Source of the DNA: Thecamonas trahens ATCC 50062
Taxonomy: Eukaryota > Protista > Apusomonadida
DNA length: 64,000 nt
Assembly: GCF_000142905.1 (NCBI RefSeq)
Contig: NW_013657648.1
Coordinates: 124,001 to 188,000, forward strand
Direction of reading: 5' to 3'
The notes under the pieces were generated by a model. It made no database searches. It was not told where the DNA came from and saw only the letters and a program-made list of their open reading frames with translations. The translations under genes were made by a program, and so were the position numbers. Positions 35,338 through 47,232 of this stretch are shown one piece after another. How positions within the stretch are numbered: the stretch's first letter is position 1; each line of letters opens with the position of its first letter.

Positions 35338-38300
35338 CTACGGCGCACTCGCGAGTGTAAACGTGATGAGCCGAAGAAGAAGCATGGCATCCGAGGGCGC
35401 GGTAGAGATCGGGATGCGGGTCTCGAGGTTGGTCTTGACCTGGAGGAGGATAGACCGGATGTAGGGGCCGGTGAGCTCGTGGGTAGCATCGAGAGCCTGA
35501 ACAGCCATCGAGAGGAGAGTGAGCTTGAGCGCCTCACTCGCGCTGAGGTCAAACGCAAGCTGCTGGATGAGGGAGAGGAGGACCGGCTGGTCCAGCACCG
35601 TCTTGCCCTTGGCCGGGAAGACCGATGAAACCTCGACCAGAGAGCACAGTCCCATGACCACGTCGAGGTTCGACGCCGAGAGCGCAGCCGTGAACGCCGC
35701 GTTGACGTCGCCGCCGCTGAGGCCATCATGACGTCAGAGGGCAGCGCGACGGGCGCAGCGTGCGCCGCTGCCGAGGGCGTGGGCGCGGGCGCGGACACAG
35801 GCACGAGCGCGGACACGGGCGCGGGCGCTGCCGCTGCTGCCTCGGACATCTCCTTCCGGCCGCCCTTGCGGCGCCCGCCGTTGTTCTTACCCGATGAGGA
35901 CTTTCCCGTCGCCGCCCCACCCGAGTTGCGTGCAGCCGCCGAGAGTTTGGCCGAGTCTGCCGAGAGCCGCGCGGATGCGGCCTCGATCGAGCGCGACGAC
36001 GCAAGCAGCGAGTCGGAAGCCGTGACGAGCCGATCGAGAGCCGCCGACTGCGCTGCACGGGTCTCCTCCACCGGCCCTGTCAGCGCCGCCTTGACGCCGG
36101 CTTGGAACGTGTCGTTGATCTGGAAGAACATGCGCTGACAGCCCTGCTCAAAGGCCGGGACCAAGCCGTGCTCAAAGGTGTTCTTAAAGGCGGCGGCCAC
36201 GGGCTGGTGCAGCGCGCCCGAGACCTGCTGCGCAAAGGTGCCCGACCAGTTGGCGAGCAACTTCTGAGTGTAGCTCTCAACCGCCTGCGGAAGGCTGGTG
36301 CCAAGCTTGTGCGCCAGATCGGCAACCGCCGGCTGCACCACCTTGGCCTCCAGCGCGCCAAGGAGCGGCGCGAGCGCACCAGGCAGCTCCGCCCGCACCA
36401 CCTGCGTCACCGTCGGCACCAGCATCTGCTGGGTCGCCGCCATCGACGCCTCCATTGCCCGCTGGAGCGCCGCCTCCATCATCGACGCCTGCGCTGCAAG
36501 CGCCTCGGTCTGCATCCGCTGCAGCATGGCAGCCTGCTTTGCCGCAAACGCCTCCATCGCCGCCTCCAACGACGCCTGCAGCCGCGCCTCGGCACCGGCT
36601 CCAAGCACCGCCGGCGCGCCAACGCTCGCCGCAGGCACAGCTGCAGGCACAGCTGCGGGCACAGCCGCGGGCACAGCCGCGGGTGCCACCACAGGCACCG
36701 CAGCTTTGCGGGTGAGCGCCGGCGTGCCGAGCTGAACACGTGCCCGCTGGACCGCAGACGGCTGGACGCAGTACAAGTCGCGAGTCTTGGCGCCCGGCCC
36801 GCTGCCCGGCGCGAGCGAGACCGAGAAAATAGGCTGGCCGACGCCGTACTCGGCGTACCACCCGAGGAGACCGGTAGCCTCGTTAAACTCAAAGACGCCG
36901 ACAACAGGGAGCTCAGCCGAGGTCACAAAGACCCGCCCGTCCTCGGGCGCCGGCACCACCGAGAGGCCGGCGTCGGCAACGTCGAGCTCGGCATTGGCGA
37001 GCTCGATCTCCTGCGAAATCCCGATCTGTGAGTTGCGCGCCCGCACAAGCTGGATGAGCCCGCCGTGGTCGTACTCAATGGCAAGGTCCTTGTCCGAGAG
37101 CCAGAACAGCGAGGTGAGCGACCGCCCGTCGCCGCGCGCCGGCAGCGTCCGCATGATCTCCGCCGTATCTAGCCGCCACAGCCGGACCACACCATCCGTC
37201 CCGGCCGTCGCCAGCGCCTTGATCGACGACTGGTACGCAGCGTCGAGGACGCCCACGCCCGGCCCGTGATTGAGCGTCACCTGGCCCGACTCGAACGACG
37301 GCGCAGAGTAGCCGTTGGCCCCCGCGTACATGAGCGACGAGACAATGAGCTGCGAGCCCGAGCACACGCCCAGAACCGCCGTCTCGGGCGCAGGCGCAAA
37401 GCCGAGACCGCACGAGATGTCGCCGCCCGACGGATGTGACCACTTGTACACCACGCTCGACTCGACCTCGTCGCTCTCCTCGTTGAACGCCAGTGAGTGG
37501 ACCATGAGCAGGCCCCGCGCGCCAACCGTCACCAGCGTCGACACCTCGCCGGTCGCCGGGAGGAAGAACATGTGGTGGACTCGCGCGTGCCCGCGGAGCA
37601 TGACACGCTCACCAGACTCACGGTGGACCGCCCGAACCGTGTTCTTGTCCACCGCGTACGCCACAAACTCGCTCGTCACCGCAATGACCTGCCCGTGGCT
37701 CGACCGCCGCTGCGACGCGCAGATCGAAATGGGCGACTCGACAAGCCGCACCACCCCGGGGTTCTCGGCCTCGAGCCCAAAGTTGAGCACGTTGCATCCG
37801 GCCGAGAGAACCGTGCCCTCGGTCACCGGCGCCCCGCCGCTCTGCACAGACACCGCCACCGGCGACATCAGACCGCCGTTCGACGACCCGCCGTCGTCAG
37901 ACGCCGCACTCTCGGCCTCGCTGCTCTTGACCTTTCAGTCGGCGCAGAGAGGAACGACCGCACAGCCTCGGGCGTCGACGGCAACGCTTTGTTTCCCTGC
38001 TGCGCCGCAGCCACCGGCCCTCGCGCCAGATTCGACTTGATAATCGCGTCCAGCTCGCCTGCGCCTGCACTTGATCCCGCGCTCGCACCTGCGCTCGCAC
38101 TCGCGCTTGCGTCCGCCTGCGGCTTGTTGCCGCCAAGATTGGGGAAAAACTGCGAGAGATCCTCGTCGTCCTGGCTGGCCGCCAGTGCCGCCGCTGGCGC
38201 CGGCGCCGGCAGCACCATCTTGGTCGGCGCAACTGCCGCCGCCGCGCCTGCTGAAGCGCCTGCTGGCCCCGCAGTTGCCCCTGCTCCCGAGGCCGCCATC

Positions 38301-38584
38301 GCGCTCGCTGCCGAGCCGGTCGATCCGGTCGGGCTCGGCGCTGGTGCCACGCCCAGAATCGCCATCAGCGACGCCGACGCCGCGTCCGCCACACTCGGGG
38401 ACGATGCAGCCGAGCTAGCGCTGGCCATCGAGCCAGCACCATTGCCAGTCGCCGCTCCCGCGCCACCGGCTTCACCCGCACCACCAGTAGGCGTTGAGGC
38501 CTTGGAGCTGTTGGGCGATGCGCCCGTCGGTGGAGTGCCGAGCATGGACATCAAAAAGGCCGTCGCAGCCTCAGCCTCTGCCAT
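35338..38584 (-). CDS. EDC4: Enhancer of mRNA decapping 4 (Ge-1/Varicose); two -1 frameshifts near 37933 and 35721
   Basis: WD40 N-domain GQVIAVTSEFVAYAV...RVMLRGH; helical VPAFEQGCQRMFFQINDTFQAG; C-terminal AFTAALSASNLDVV...LDQPVLLSLIQQLAFDL. The three ORFs 37868-38773, 35121-37868 and 35338-35661 join with one added base at each junction. ATG 38584. Confidence 0.9.
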
Positions 38585-38688
38585 GGTTGAGTAGTATGAG
38601 AAGTCGGAGGTCTGGAGCGGTAACCCGCGGGAATGCCACCGACACCGATACCGACAGAGACAGAGACAGGGCCCAGGCCGTCCACAAG

Positions 38689-38697
38689 CACACGCAC

Positions 38698-38756
<59 letters not shown>

Positions 38757-38948
38757 ACCACATCACATACCACATCGCATCACACAACACCATCACACCA
38801 TACAAATACCTCATGTACATTCGTCCCTCCCGATCGGACCTTCTCTNNNNNNNNNNNNNNNNNNNNNNNNNNNNNNNNNNNNNNNNNNNNNNNNNNNNNN
38901 NNNNNNNNNNNNNNNNNNNNNNNNNNNNNNNNNNNNNNNNNNNNNNTA

Positions 38949-39009
<61 letters not shown>
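38689..39009. repeat. Two long (CA)n microsatellites flanking an assembly gap in the divergent EDC4/CPSF2 promoter region
   Basis: (CA)n tracts visible at about 38689-38754 and 38953-39009. Confidence 0.9.
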
Positions 39010-39013
<4 letters not shown>

Positions 39014-39473
39014 ACATGCCACCGCAGTAGAACGAGTGCACGTCCAGCCGAGCGTGAGTGTGCCGTCGCCCCAGAGCGTCTCCCTCTCCCTCTTCGCCCT
39101 CCTCCCTCTCTCCCCCCCCTCCCCCCACCCCCCCCCCTTCCCCCTCCCTCTCCTTTCTACCACCTACCTAAAGAACACACAACAAGTACTCCGAAGCGGT
39201 GATACAAGTATATACACACTGGGAGAGGTGACCTTCAACCTCACACACCCCCTCCCCCTTTCACGCCCCCTTGCGCCCAGTCAATCCTCCTCTCCCCTCT
39301 ACGTCCCAAACTCAGGTCGCTCTCCCGCCCGTCTCCCGCCACTCGTTCGCAGTGGCAGCACCCCTTCCTTGTCCCCTCCCCTCCCCCCCCCCCCCCCGCC
39401 CACCTCTCACTGGCAAATTGTCAGCAGAAGACGTAACCCTGCTCTCGTCACCGCCTCCAATTCTACTGCGGGC

Positions 39474-42228
39474 ATGACGTCGGTGCGGTTCACCCCACTG
39501 ATTGGTGCGCATACAGACGACCCACTGTGCTACCTGTTAGAGGTACGTATACCCACTACTCCCTTCCCTCCACCCCACCCCCCTCTTTTGTATGCGGATG
39601 ATTATTTTAAGGCCCTGAGCATTATCCCTCGGGGCGGGGACGGGGGGGAGAGGGAGTGGCGGGAGTGACTGCCATCTGGCCGTCGCTTCCTTCCCCTCCC
39701 TCCCCCCCTCCCCGCACTCCGGGGGCGACAACATGCGGACACCTATTGTTCCTTATGACACATACATACACTTCCACGCACACGCACAACACACACATAC
39801 ACCCTCCGCTACTCTCACCACTCACTATCCCTCCCTCCCCCACACACTCCCCCTCACCTTCGCGCTGCTGGTGGCGACTATTTTTGGCTGCGAATATTTT
39901 CTTGCTGCTCGATGGGGGCGCCCTGTCGCCACGCCACGTCTTCTTCTGACGACCACAGATCGATGACACGTGCATCCTTCTCGACTGCGGATGGACGGAT
40001 GCGTTTGACGTGGAGATGCTCGAGCCGCTGAGGCAGGTGCTCCCGCGGGTCAACTGCGTCCTCGTCTCACATGCCGACTCGGCACACCTTGGCGGCCTGC
40101 CCTACGTGGTCGGCAAGATGGGCCTCGACGTGCCGATCTACGCCACGCTCCCAGTGTACAACATGGGACTTCTCCACATGTATGATGTATTCCTCGCCAA
40201 GGATGCGGTCTCGGACTTTGACATCTTTTCGCTCGACGACGTCGACACCGCCTTTGACCTCATGGTCAAGCTCAAGTACACCCAGCACGTGACGCTGAGC
40301 CGGGGCAAGGCGTCGACGGCGCCGGGCCTCGAGTCGACCATCACCATCACGCCGTACGCAGCCGGGCGGACGCTCGGTGGAACGGTGTGGAAGATTACCA
40401 AAGACACCGAGGAGGTGGTGTACGCCGTCGACTACAACCACAAGAAGGAGCGTCACTTGGACGGCACGCTCCTGGAAACGCTGACCCGACCGTCGCTGCT
40501 TATTTCCAACGCGCTCGGTTTTACCTCGGGCGTGGGCCGGAAGCGCAAGGCACGCGACAAGCTGCTCCTCTCCTCGATCACGTCGACGCTGCGCTCTGGT
40601 GGCAACGTTCTTCTGCCCATCGACTCGTCGCTGCGAGTCCTCGAGCTTGCGCTCCTGCTGTCGCAGTTTTGGCAGTCGCAGAAGCTTGCGCAGTACGGCC
40701 TTGTTCTCTACTCGCACTCGTCGTACTCGGTCGCCATGCAGGCCCGCTCGCAGCTCGAGTGGATGTCCGACACGTTGCAGCGGCTGTTTGACGAGTCGCG
40801 GTCGAACCCGATGGACCTCCGCTACCTGCACATTGCCCACTCGCCTGAGGACCTTGACGCCCTGCCGCGCCCGATGGTCATCCTTGCCTCGCACCCGTCG
40901 CTCGAGGCTGGGCCGGCCCGCGACCTGTTTGTGCAGATGGCGCCAAACCCAGCCAACCTGGTTGTCCTTACCCAACCGGCCCGGCGCGGCTCGCTCGCGG
41001 CCACGCTGGCGTCGCCGGCCGGCCCACCCGCCTCGGTCGCGCTTCGTCTCCACAAGCGCATTCCGCTGCAAGGCGAGGAGCTTGAGCGCGCCCTGCGCGT
41101 CCGCGAGCAAGAGCGCAGTGAGGCTGCCACAGCCGCTGCCGCCGCTGCCGCCGCCGCCCTCAACCCCGAAGACGAGCTCCTCGACACGCTCGAGACCATG
41201 GACATGGGCTCGGACGACGAGGGCGCCGGCGGCGCCGGCTCGCGCCTCGCCTCGTTCGACCTCATGGTCAACCGCGACGGGACGACCGGCGCTGGCGCCT
41301 CGGGCTCGTTCTTCAAGAAGACCCAGTCGTTTCCCATGTTCCCGTACAACGCTCCAAGGACACGGTTGTCGGCCCGTACGGCGCCATCGTCGACACCTCG
41401 ATCTACGCCCGCGGCGAGTACATGGCCGACGCCAACGACGCGTCGGGTCATTCGTTCACCGGCGGCGCAAACTCGAAGCAGGCCGAGCCGGGCCAGACCG
41501 GTGCTGGAACCAACCCGGTCCACGGTTCGTCGATGGAGGCGCCAGTCGACGCCTCCATCTCGGGCATGGACCTCGAGGATCCTCTGGAGAACCGGACGCC
41601 GACCAAGTGCATCTCGTGGGACGCCGACGTCCAGATCCGTGCTTCGATCCTCTCGCTCGACTACTCGGGCCGCTCCGATGGACTCTCGATGAAGAAGATT
41701 GTCGAGCACGTCGAGCCGCGGCGCCTCATTGTCGTCCACGGCAACGACGCTGAGACCGCAGCCATGGTCGAGTACTGCAAGGCGGCAGGCATCGCCAAGG
41801 AAGGCGTCATGGCTCCAGCCGTGGGCGAGTCGGTTGACCTCTCGTCGCAGTCGGCCTCGCACAAGATTGTGCTCCAGGACGCTATGACCTCGCACCTCAC
41901 CTACCAACAGGTCGACGACTACCAAGTCGCCTACTTTGACGCCGTCGTGGCGCAGCCCGACCCGCACGGCCTGCCCATCCTCGAGCCCAACCCCGACGCG
42001 CCTGGCCACGACCCCATCTTTGTGGGCGACGTCCAGCTCAACACCCTGCGCCAGATTCTCGCTGCTGCAGGCTACGCCGTCGAGTTTACCGTCGACAAAG
42101 TGCTGGTGTGCAACGACAAGGTCGGCATCCGCAAGCTCGCCACCGGCGAGTTTGCTGTCGAAGGCGTCTTTTGCGACGAGTACTTTGAGATCCGCTCGCT
42201 CGTCTACGAGCAGTTCCGCCAGTTCTAA
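39474..42228 (+). CDS. CPSF2: Cleavage and polyadenylation specificity factor 100 kDa subunit; exons 39474-39542 and 39959-42228, -1 frameshift near 41354-41357
   Basis: Spliced start [35 protein letters not shown]; degenerate MBL motif SHADSAHLGGLP; GGTVWKITKDTEEVVYAVDYNHKKERHL; SQLEWMSD; FPMFP...YGAIVD; DYSGRSDGLSMK; IFVGDVQL; FEIRSLVYEQF. Confidence 0.95.
39543..39958 (+). other. Spliceosomal intron (416 nt) in CPSF2
   Basis: GTACGT donor, TTCTGAC branch motif just before the CAG acceptor. The join restores the conserved CPSF100 N-terminus in phase 0. Confidence 0.92.
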
Positions 42229-42312
42229 CTGCGCCCGCGTACTCAACCAAGGCCTTTACGGTACAGAATGGCCTAAACGCTGCTGCTTCCAAACCATCCA
42301 TCATCAAGCGCT

Positions 42313-43083
42313 TTACTCGGCCTTCTTGGCCTCGGCGTCGAGAATCGCCACCACTCGCCGCAGGATCTCGTCCGGGTGATGGAGCCGGTACGGCTTGGCG
42401 TCGAGCATCTCGGCGTGGTCGGCAACCCAAGTCTTGATGTAGTTGCGCTGGAAGACCGAGACAACGTGCGAGACAATGATCTCCAGCATGTGGTACTCTT
42501 GGCCAGTCATCTTGACCTCGGCGAGGAACGGGAAGAGGGCGAGCTTGTCACCGTTCGACTTGAGCACGATGTCGTCGATAAAGACCATGGCCCAGTCGAA
42601 CTTGACCTCGTCCTCCAGCTTGCCGATCGAGTCCGGCACCGGCCCCTCGCGCTTGGCCAGCCACACATTCTTGGCAGCCTTCATCAGAAAGTTGAACGAC
42701 GACGAGAGCGTGCCGGCCTTGACAAACTCATCAAACTGCTTGACCATGGCCTCGGTGAGGACAGGGACTCGCGAGCCCTTGAGCATCTCCAGCAAGTTGC
42801 CGCGCCCACCCGACACCTGCTCCGACTGCACCATCTCGTGCATCTCGTTCCACTCGGCCGCCGTCTCGCTAAACTGCTTCTTCACATACGCCTCACCGCA
42901 CCGATCCACCCATCCGGAGAACGACTCGAGCATGTGCTCCTCAAACCACTCCATATCGCCCGCCATCCGCTGCATGAACCGCCGCTCCACTGCCCGCCGT
43001 CGTCCGCCCCGTCCGCCCCGACCACCACCACCACCACCACCCCCCCCCCACACACACACACCAGAACAGTCCGCCTGTGTGAG

Positions 43084-43119
<36 letters not shown>

Positions 43120-43317
43120 CCCCCTTCCCTCCCCCCTCCCCCCTCCCTTGCCCCTCCTTCGCCTTCTCCGCCACCTACCGTCCTGCGAAGCCGACGACCG
43201 CCGCCACCACACAACGACGGCCACAATGACAGCCACAATACCAGCGCACACACACGCAATCGGCACCTTGTTGGCCTCCAGCCACGGCTGAAGTAGCTCC
43301 CACGGAATGAACACCAT
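42313..43317 (-). CDS. Unknown single-pass membrane protein; exons 43317-43179 and 42989-42313
   Basis: Exon 1 MVFIPWELLQPW...IACVCAGIVAVIVAVVVWWRR (TM helix plus basic stop-transfer). Intron GTAGGT(43178)...GACTCAC...CAG(42990) gives in-frame SQD-VERRFMQ. Strong coding-like composition. Confidence 0.7.
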
Positions 43318-43550
43318 CGCCTCTGCAGTTGTTCCAGGGAGAGAGGTGATGGTGGCGGCGACGGTAGTAGAGAGAGGAGGGAGGAGGTCGCCCGGTGGCA
43401 GGTACTGGGCTGGTGCGCTGCTGTGCCACAGCTCAGCCGCCACCCCCCCCCCCCCCCCGATCGCTACGCCGTTCATGCTTCATGCCCCAGGGAGGTGTTA
43501 ATCCATGTACAATCACGCGTCTCGCACCACTCATGCGATCATGGGCGCAG

Positions 43551-45167
43551 CTAGTCGCTTTCGGATCCGTCCCTGGCCGCATCCTCATCGTCGGGGGCCG
43601 GATCGGCGGCGAGCGAGACGGCGGCGCGCGAGATGCCAAAGGCGCATGCAGCAGAAAACAGGCCACAGACGGCGCCAACCCAGTACGGGAGGATGTGGTG
43701 ATGGTGCCGGATTGCGTGCGGAAGAATCGCGGTGGCCGAGGTGTCGTACAGTGCCCCCACCGCGAGAGGCCCGATCGCCCGCGCCGCCGACACAAACGAT
43801 CGCCGCACCCCAAGAACGGTCCCATTGGCGCCTTCGGAGAGGACTGAAGCCATGACTGCAAGCGATGGCACCACAAGTGCCTGTCCGATGATGAGTAGGA
43901 CAGTGAGGAGGGCAAAGGTGAGGAGCGTCGGCTGAAACGGGAGCGCGACCGAGACCGGGACTGAGAGGCACAGCAGCGCGCCCACAACCAGCCGCCGCGG
44001 TCCACCCACGCCGCGCATGATGCGTGAAAAGAACCCAGCCTGCACAATGATGAGTACCACGCCCACAACCGTGAACAAAAGCCCCACGTGACCTGCTGAG
44101 ATGTCAAACGTGGCGATGAGATACAGCGGCGTGGCGATCTCAAACGCCACAAACAGGCACGCGTACATGAACGACGAGATGCAGAGCAGAAGCACGGACC
44201 GGCTCCGCATGAGCTTGGCAAACAGCGCCGGAGTGATCCGCACTCGCCGTCCGGCCCCTGCTCTGCTCTTGCTGGCCACAGGGAGGAGCGGCTCACCTTC
44301 GGCGCCAGCCACCGCCGACGCGCTATTGATCGCCAGCGTCCGCTGCAGCGACGCCACCGAAGCCACCGAAGCCGCCGATCCGACCGCTTCGTCTGGCGGT
44401 TCGTTGAAGAGCCGGACCGAACCGAGTGCTGTCACAAACAGCATGCCTGACGAGCCCAAAGCCAGGTATCGGAACGCGGTCCGGACGCCCGCCAGCGATG
44501 CCACCAGGCCTCCCAAGCCGGGCCCGGCAATGAGCCCCAGCCCGACCATGGCTCCAAGCAGACCCATGTACTTGGATCGCACATCCTTGGCCGTCACGTC
44601 CGAGATGTACGCACCGCACACGCCGCCTGTTCCCGCCGAGAGCCCCGCCAGGAAGCGGGCGGCGAGCAAATGGATGACCGACGGGGCAAACGCCGTGTAC
44701 ACCATCAGTCCTGCCCCGCCCAACAGGCCGCATACCAGCACCGGCTTTCTCCCCATGCGATCCGACAACACCCCCAGCACTCCTGATCCCAGTAGCTGGC
44801 CAAACGAGTACGCACCCGTCACACCGCCGTACCACAGTCCGCGGTACTGATACGAGTATCCATCAAGCGTCTTGAGATAGAACGCTGTGATCCGGGCCAT
44901 CGCCACGCCATCGCCACCATCACCACAACCACAGACCCAGCCACCACGTTAGTCCCCCTCTCATCAGACAAACACACGCCAGGCCGAAGCCATGTTCCAA
45001 CACGGTCTGCTATCAATCACCTCTGCGAGTGACGTCACCGGCTCACGCCCCACCACGCACTGGCACGTACGTAGGATAGGCATGAGCAGTGCAAAGCCCA
45101 GCGCATCAAGAAACTGGACAGCATACACCACCGCCAACGAAGTGCGACCTACGCTCACACCGCGCAT
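43551..45167 (-). CDS. Major facilitator superfamily transporter (TetA/DHA1-like); exons 45167-45071 and 44884-43551
   Basis: Spliced FLDALGFALLMPIL-PFYL; motif A GVLSDRMGRKPVL; ARFLAG; AYISDVT; motif C GLIAGPGLGG; ARAIGPLAVGALYD; about 12 hydrophobic segments. Confidence 0.92.
44885..45070 (-). other. Spliceosomal intron (186 nt)
   Basis: GTACGT donor, GACTAAC branch site (44954-44948), about 60 nt G/T-rich AG-free spacer, CAG acceptor. The join restores the MFS TM1 motif MPILPFY. Confidence 0.92.
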
Positions 45168-45300
45168 TACAAGTCTGTCACACCCGACCTCGTCGTGTCG
45201 GCACCGAGTCGAGTTGTGGACGTGGCGGGCGGTGCCGCACGCCAGCCAACACTCGCACGCCCTCCCTCACTCGCACACCTAGCAACATCTACTCTGTCAC

Positions 45301-46749
45301 CTACACCCACACATTATCGACGACCAGAGTCACTCCGCAAACGTACACGAGGATTCGGAACAGAACCTCGGTCGGGAGATCCGTCAGCGTCACCCGCTGC
45401 AGTGCTGGGTCCGCGCCCGCGTCGACGGCGTCGCGCTCGATGGCAGCCGCGTCAGCTTTCTGCTTGAGATACAGGATGAACCGTGCGGTCCGCGCCACAT
45501 GTGGCGGAAAGGCATGCGAGCGCTCTGGACGCCACTCGCACCACTGCGGGGGTGCCAGGATGCGCATCTCCTCCCATTGCGACGACCACGCCACAAGCGC
45601 CCCGCTTGTCGTCGGCACCACCGCCATGACCTCGGCATCAAGACGGTACCGCGGCCGCAGCCGCCCAACGCGCGCTCCGGTTGCGCAAGACGGATAGATC
45701 GAGAGCAGCTCAACATCACCACTGGCGGTTCCCACGGCCGCGAACACGCCCTCGGGTGAGAAGCATGCTGCGAACACTGCAGCGCCCGCGTCATCCGCTG
45801 GCAAGCTCGCCACGCTCACAACCTTGCCATACTCGCACTCGAGCCGCAGAAGGCTCGCGCCCGCATCGGTGCCGAGCACAACCTCAACTACGCCCTCGTC
45901 ATCCCGCGAGATTCGCGCCGCAATGGCCTCAACCAGCGCCGAGTCGGGTAGGACGTGTTCGCAGTGCAACGTGAGCTCCCACTCCAGCGTCATGCCGCTC
46001 GCAATGCTGCTACCCGCAACCTGCGCCGTTATCTGCCACACTTGCAGCTCGATGCCCTGCCCCACCACACTGAGCATTCCCCGCACTCCGTCTGACCATG
46101 AGCCCGGGACCAGTGGGAGCTTCGCCAGTGCGTTGATCCGCCCAATCCCGGCGCGCGCCTCCGCCACCCACACCGCCGACTCGGGTGCGGTCACATCCGC
46201 CATCGCCATCTTGCCGCTCGACGACGCCGCAACCGCCAGTACCATTCCAGCTTCCGTCACCACCATCTCCAGTGCCGTTGGCATGCCAAATCCAACTGGA
46301 AGTACCAGCACCCAGTCGGCGTGGACGTAACGGAGCTCGGCGTCACTCTCATCATCATGTGCGGGCGCCCAGACCACGTCCCACGCCGTCAGCACGCCCG
46401 AGTCCAGCACAGCCCACACCCGATGTGCAAGTCGCGCAGCTCGTCGGCGGCCGACAACCGACGCTACCGCCCTCGCCACCCCCTGTGCCGCCGGGCCGTC
46501 AGGCACTACCATCTGGGACGCGTGCACCAGGCCGCCCCCTACAGCGTCCACTCTGCACAGCTTCAGGCCCATCGCCGACGCCACAACCACCGCCACAACA
46601 CCCTTGCAGGGCAAGCCGCCCTCTCTACCGGTCATTCCTGCACCCAGCTCCCCCACCCCATCTCTGCAGCTCTCGCCAGCCTCGATCGCAGCCGGCTCGA
46701 CAGCCGCCATGGGCGTCACCTCGCAAGCGTCAAAGACCCACGAGGCCAT
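45301..46749 (-). CDS. Degenerate beta-propeller (WD40-like) protein with C-terminal F-box/SOCS-box-like motif
   Basis: Beta-rich repeats including AVFAACFSPEGVFAAVGTASGDVELL. C-terminal WRPERSHAFPPHVARTARFILYL...LTDLPTEVLFRILVYV. Confidence 0.65.
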   Translation of the reverse strand: MASWVFDACEVTPMAAVEPAAIEAGESCRDGVGELGAGMTGREGGLPCKGVVAVVVASAMGLKLCRVDAVGGGLVHASQMVVPDGPAAQGVARAVASVVGRRRAARLAHRVWAVLDSGVLTAWDVVWAPAHDDESDAELRYVHADWVLVLPVGFGMPTALEMVVTEAGMVLAVAASSSGKMAMADVTAPESAVWVAEARAGIGRINALAKLPLVPGSWSDGVRGMLSVVGQGIELQVWQITAQVAGSSIASGMTLEWELTLHCEHVLPDSALVEAIAARISRDDEGVVEVVLGTDAGASLLRLECEYGKVVSVASLPADDAGAAVFAACFSPEGVFAAVGTASGDVELLSIYPSCATGARVGRLRPRYRLDAEVMAVVPTTSGALVAWSSQWEEMRILAPPQWCEWRPERSHAFPPHVARTARFILYLKQKADAAAIERDAVDAGADPALQRVTLTDLPTEVLFRILVYVCGVTLVVDNVWV

Positions 46750-46799
46750 ACTCTCCAGCCAAGACGCTCACCGCACAGCAGCAGCACGCGCCTCACACG

Positions 46800-46845
46800 G
46801 CCAAGTTGAACCCAGGCGTGGTGCCAAGTTGAACCCAGGCGTGGT
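46800..46845. repeat. Perfect 23-nt tandem duplication GCCAAGTTGAACCCAGGCGTGGT x2
   Basis: Directly visible, 50 nt upstream of the ATG at 46749, in a divergent intergenic region. Confidence 0.9.
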
Positions 46846-47232
46846 ACCTTACACGGTCCTGTCACACCCTCCTTCCGCTCGGTGGACTCCTTCTGTTCCT
46901 GCCTGTCTTGTCACCACAGTCGACCGCCTTCCACGCTGCTTCCCGCCCGAGTGCGAATGGCAAGCGCTCGCTGGCCACCAACACCTCACGACCGGTGATT
47001 GGACAGGTGGGATAGGGGGGAGGTCGAGGCGAGAAGCGAGAAGCGAGCGAGAAGCCGGTACAACTTTGCTCTTGTACTGCTTGGCACGCCTTGATCCTCT
47101 GCGACTCGGTGGCTTGCCAGAGGTCTTTGCCGCTCCGTTTGAAGACGTGTGCTCGTCGGCCTGTTGGCCTCTCCGTCCGCACCCCTGTTACCCGCGTGCC
47201 TTGTTGTGCCCGTGCCCATCCTCCGCCACAGC

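Noticed and set aside
46800-46845. 23-nt direct repeat considered as a CRISPR repeat or target-site duplication
   Set aside because: Only two adjacent copies, no spacer or intervening element, and a eukaryotic context; a simple tandem duplication.
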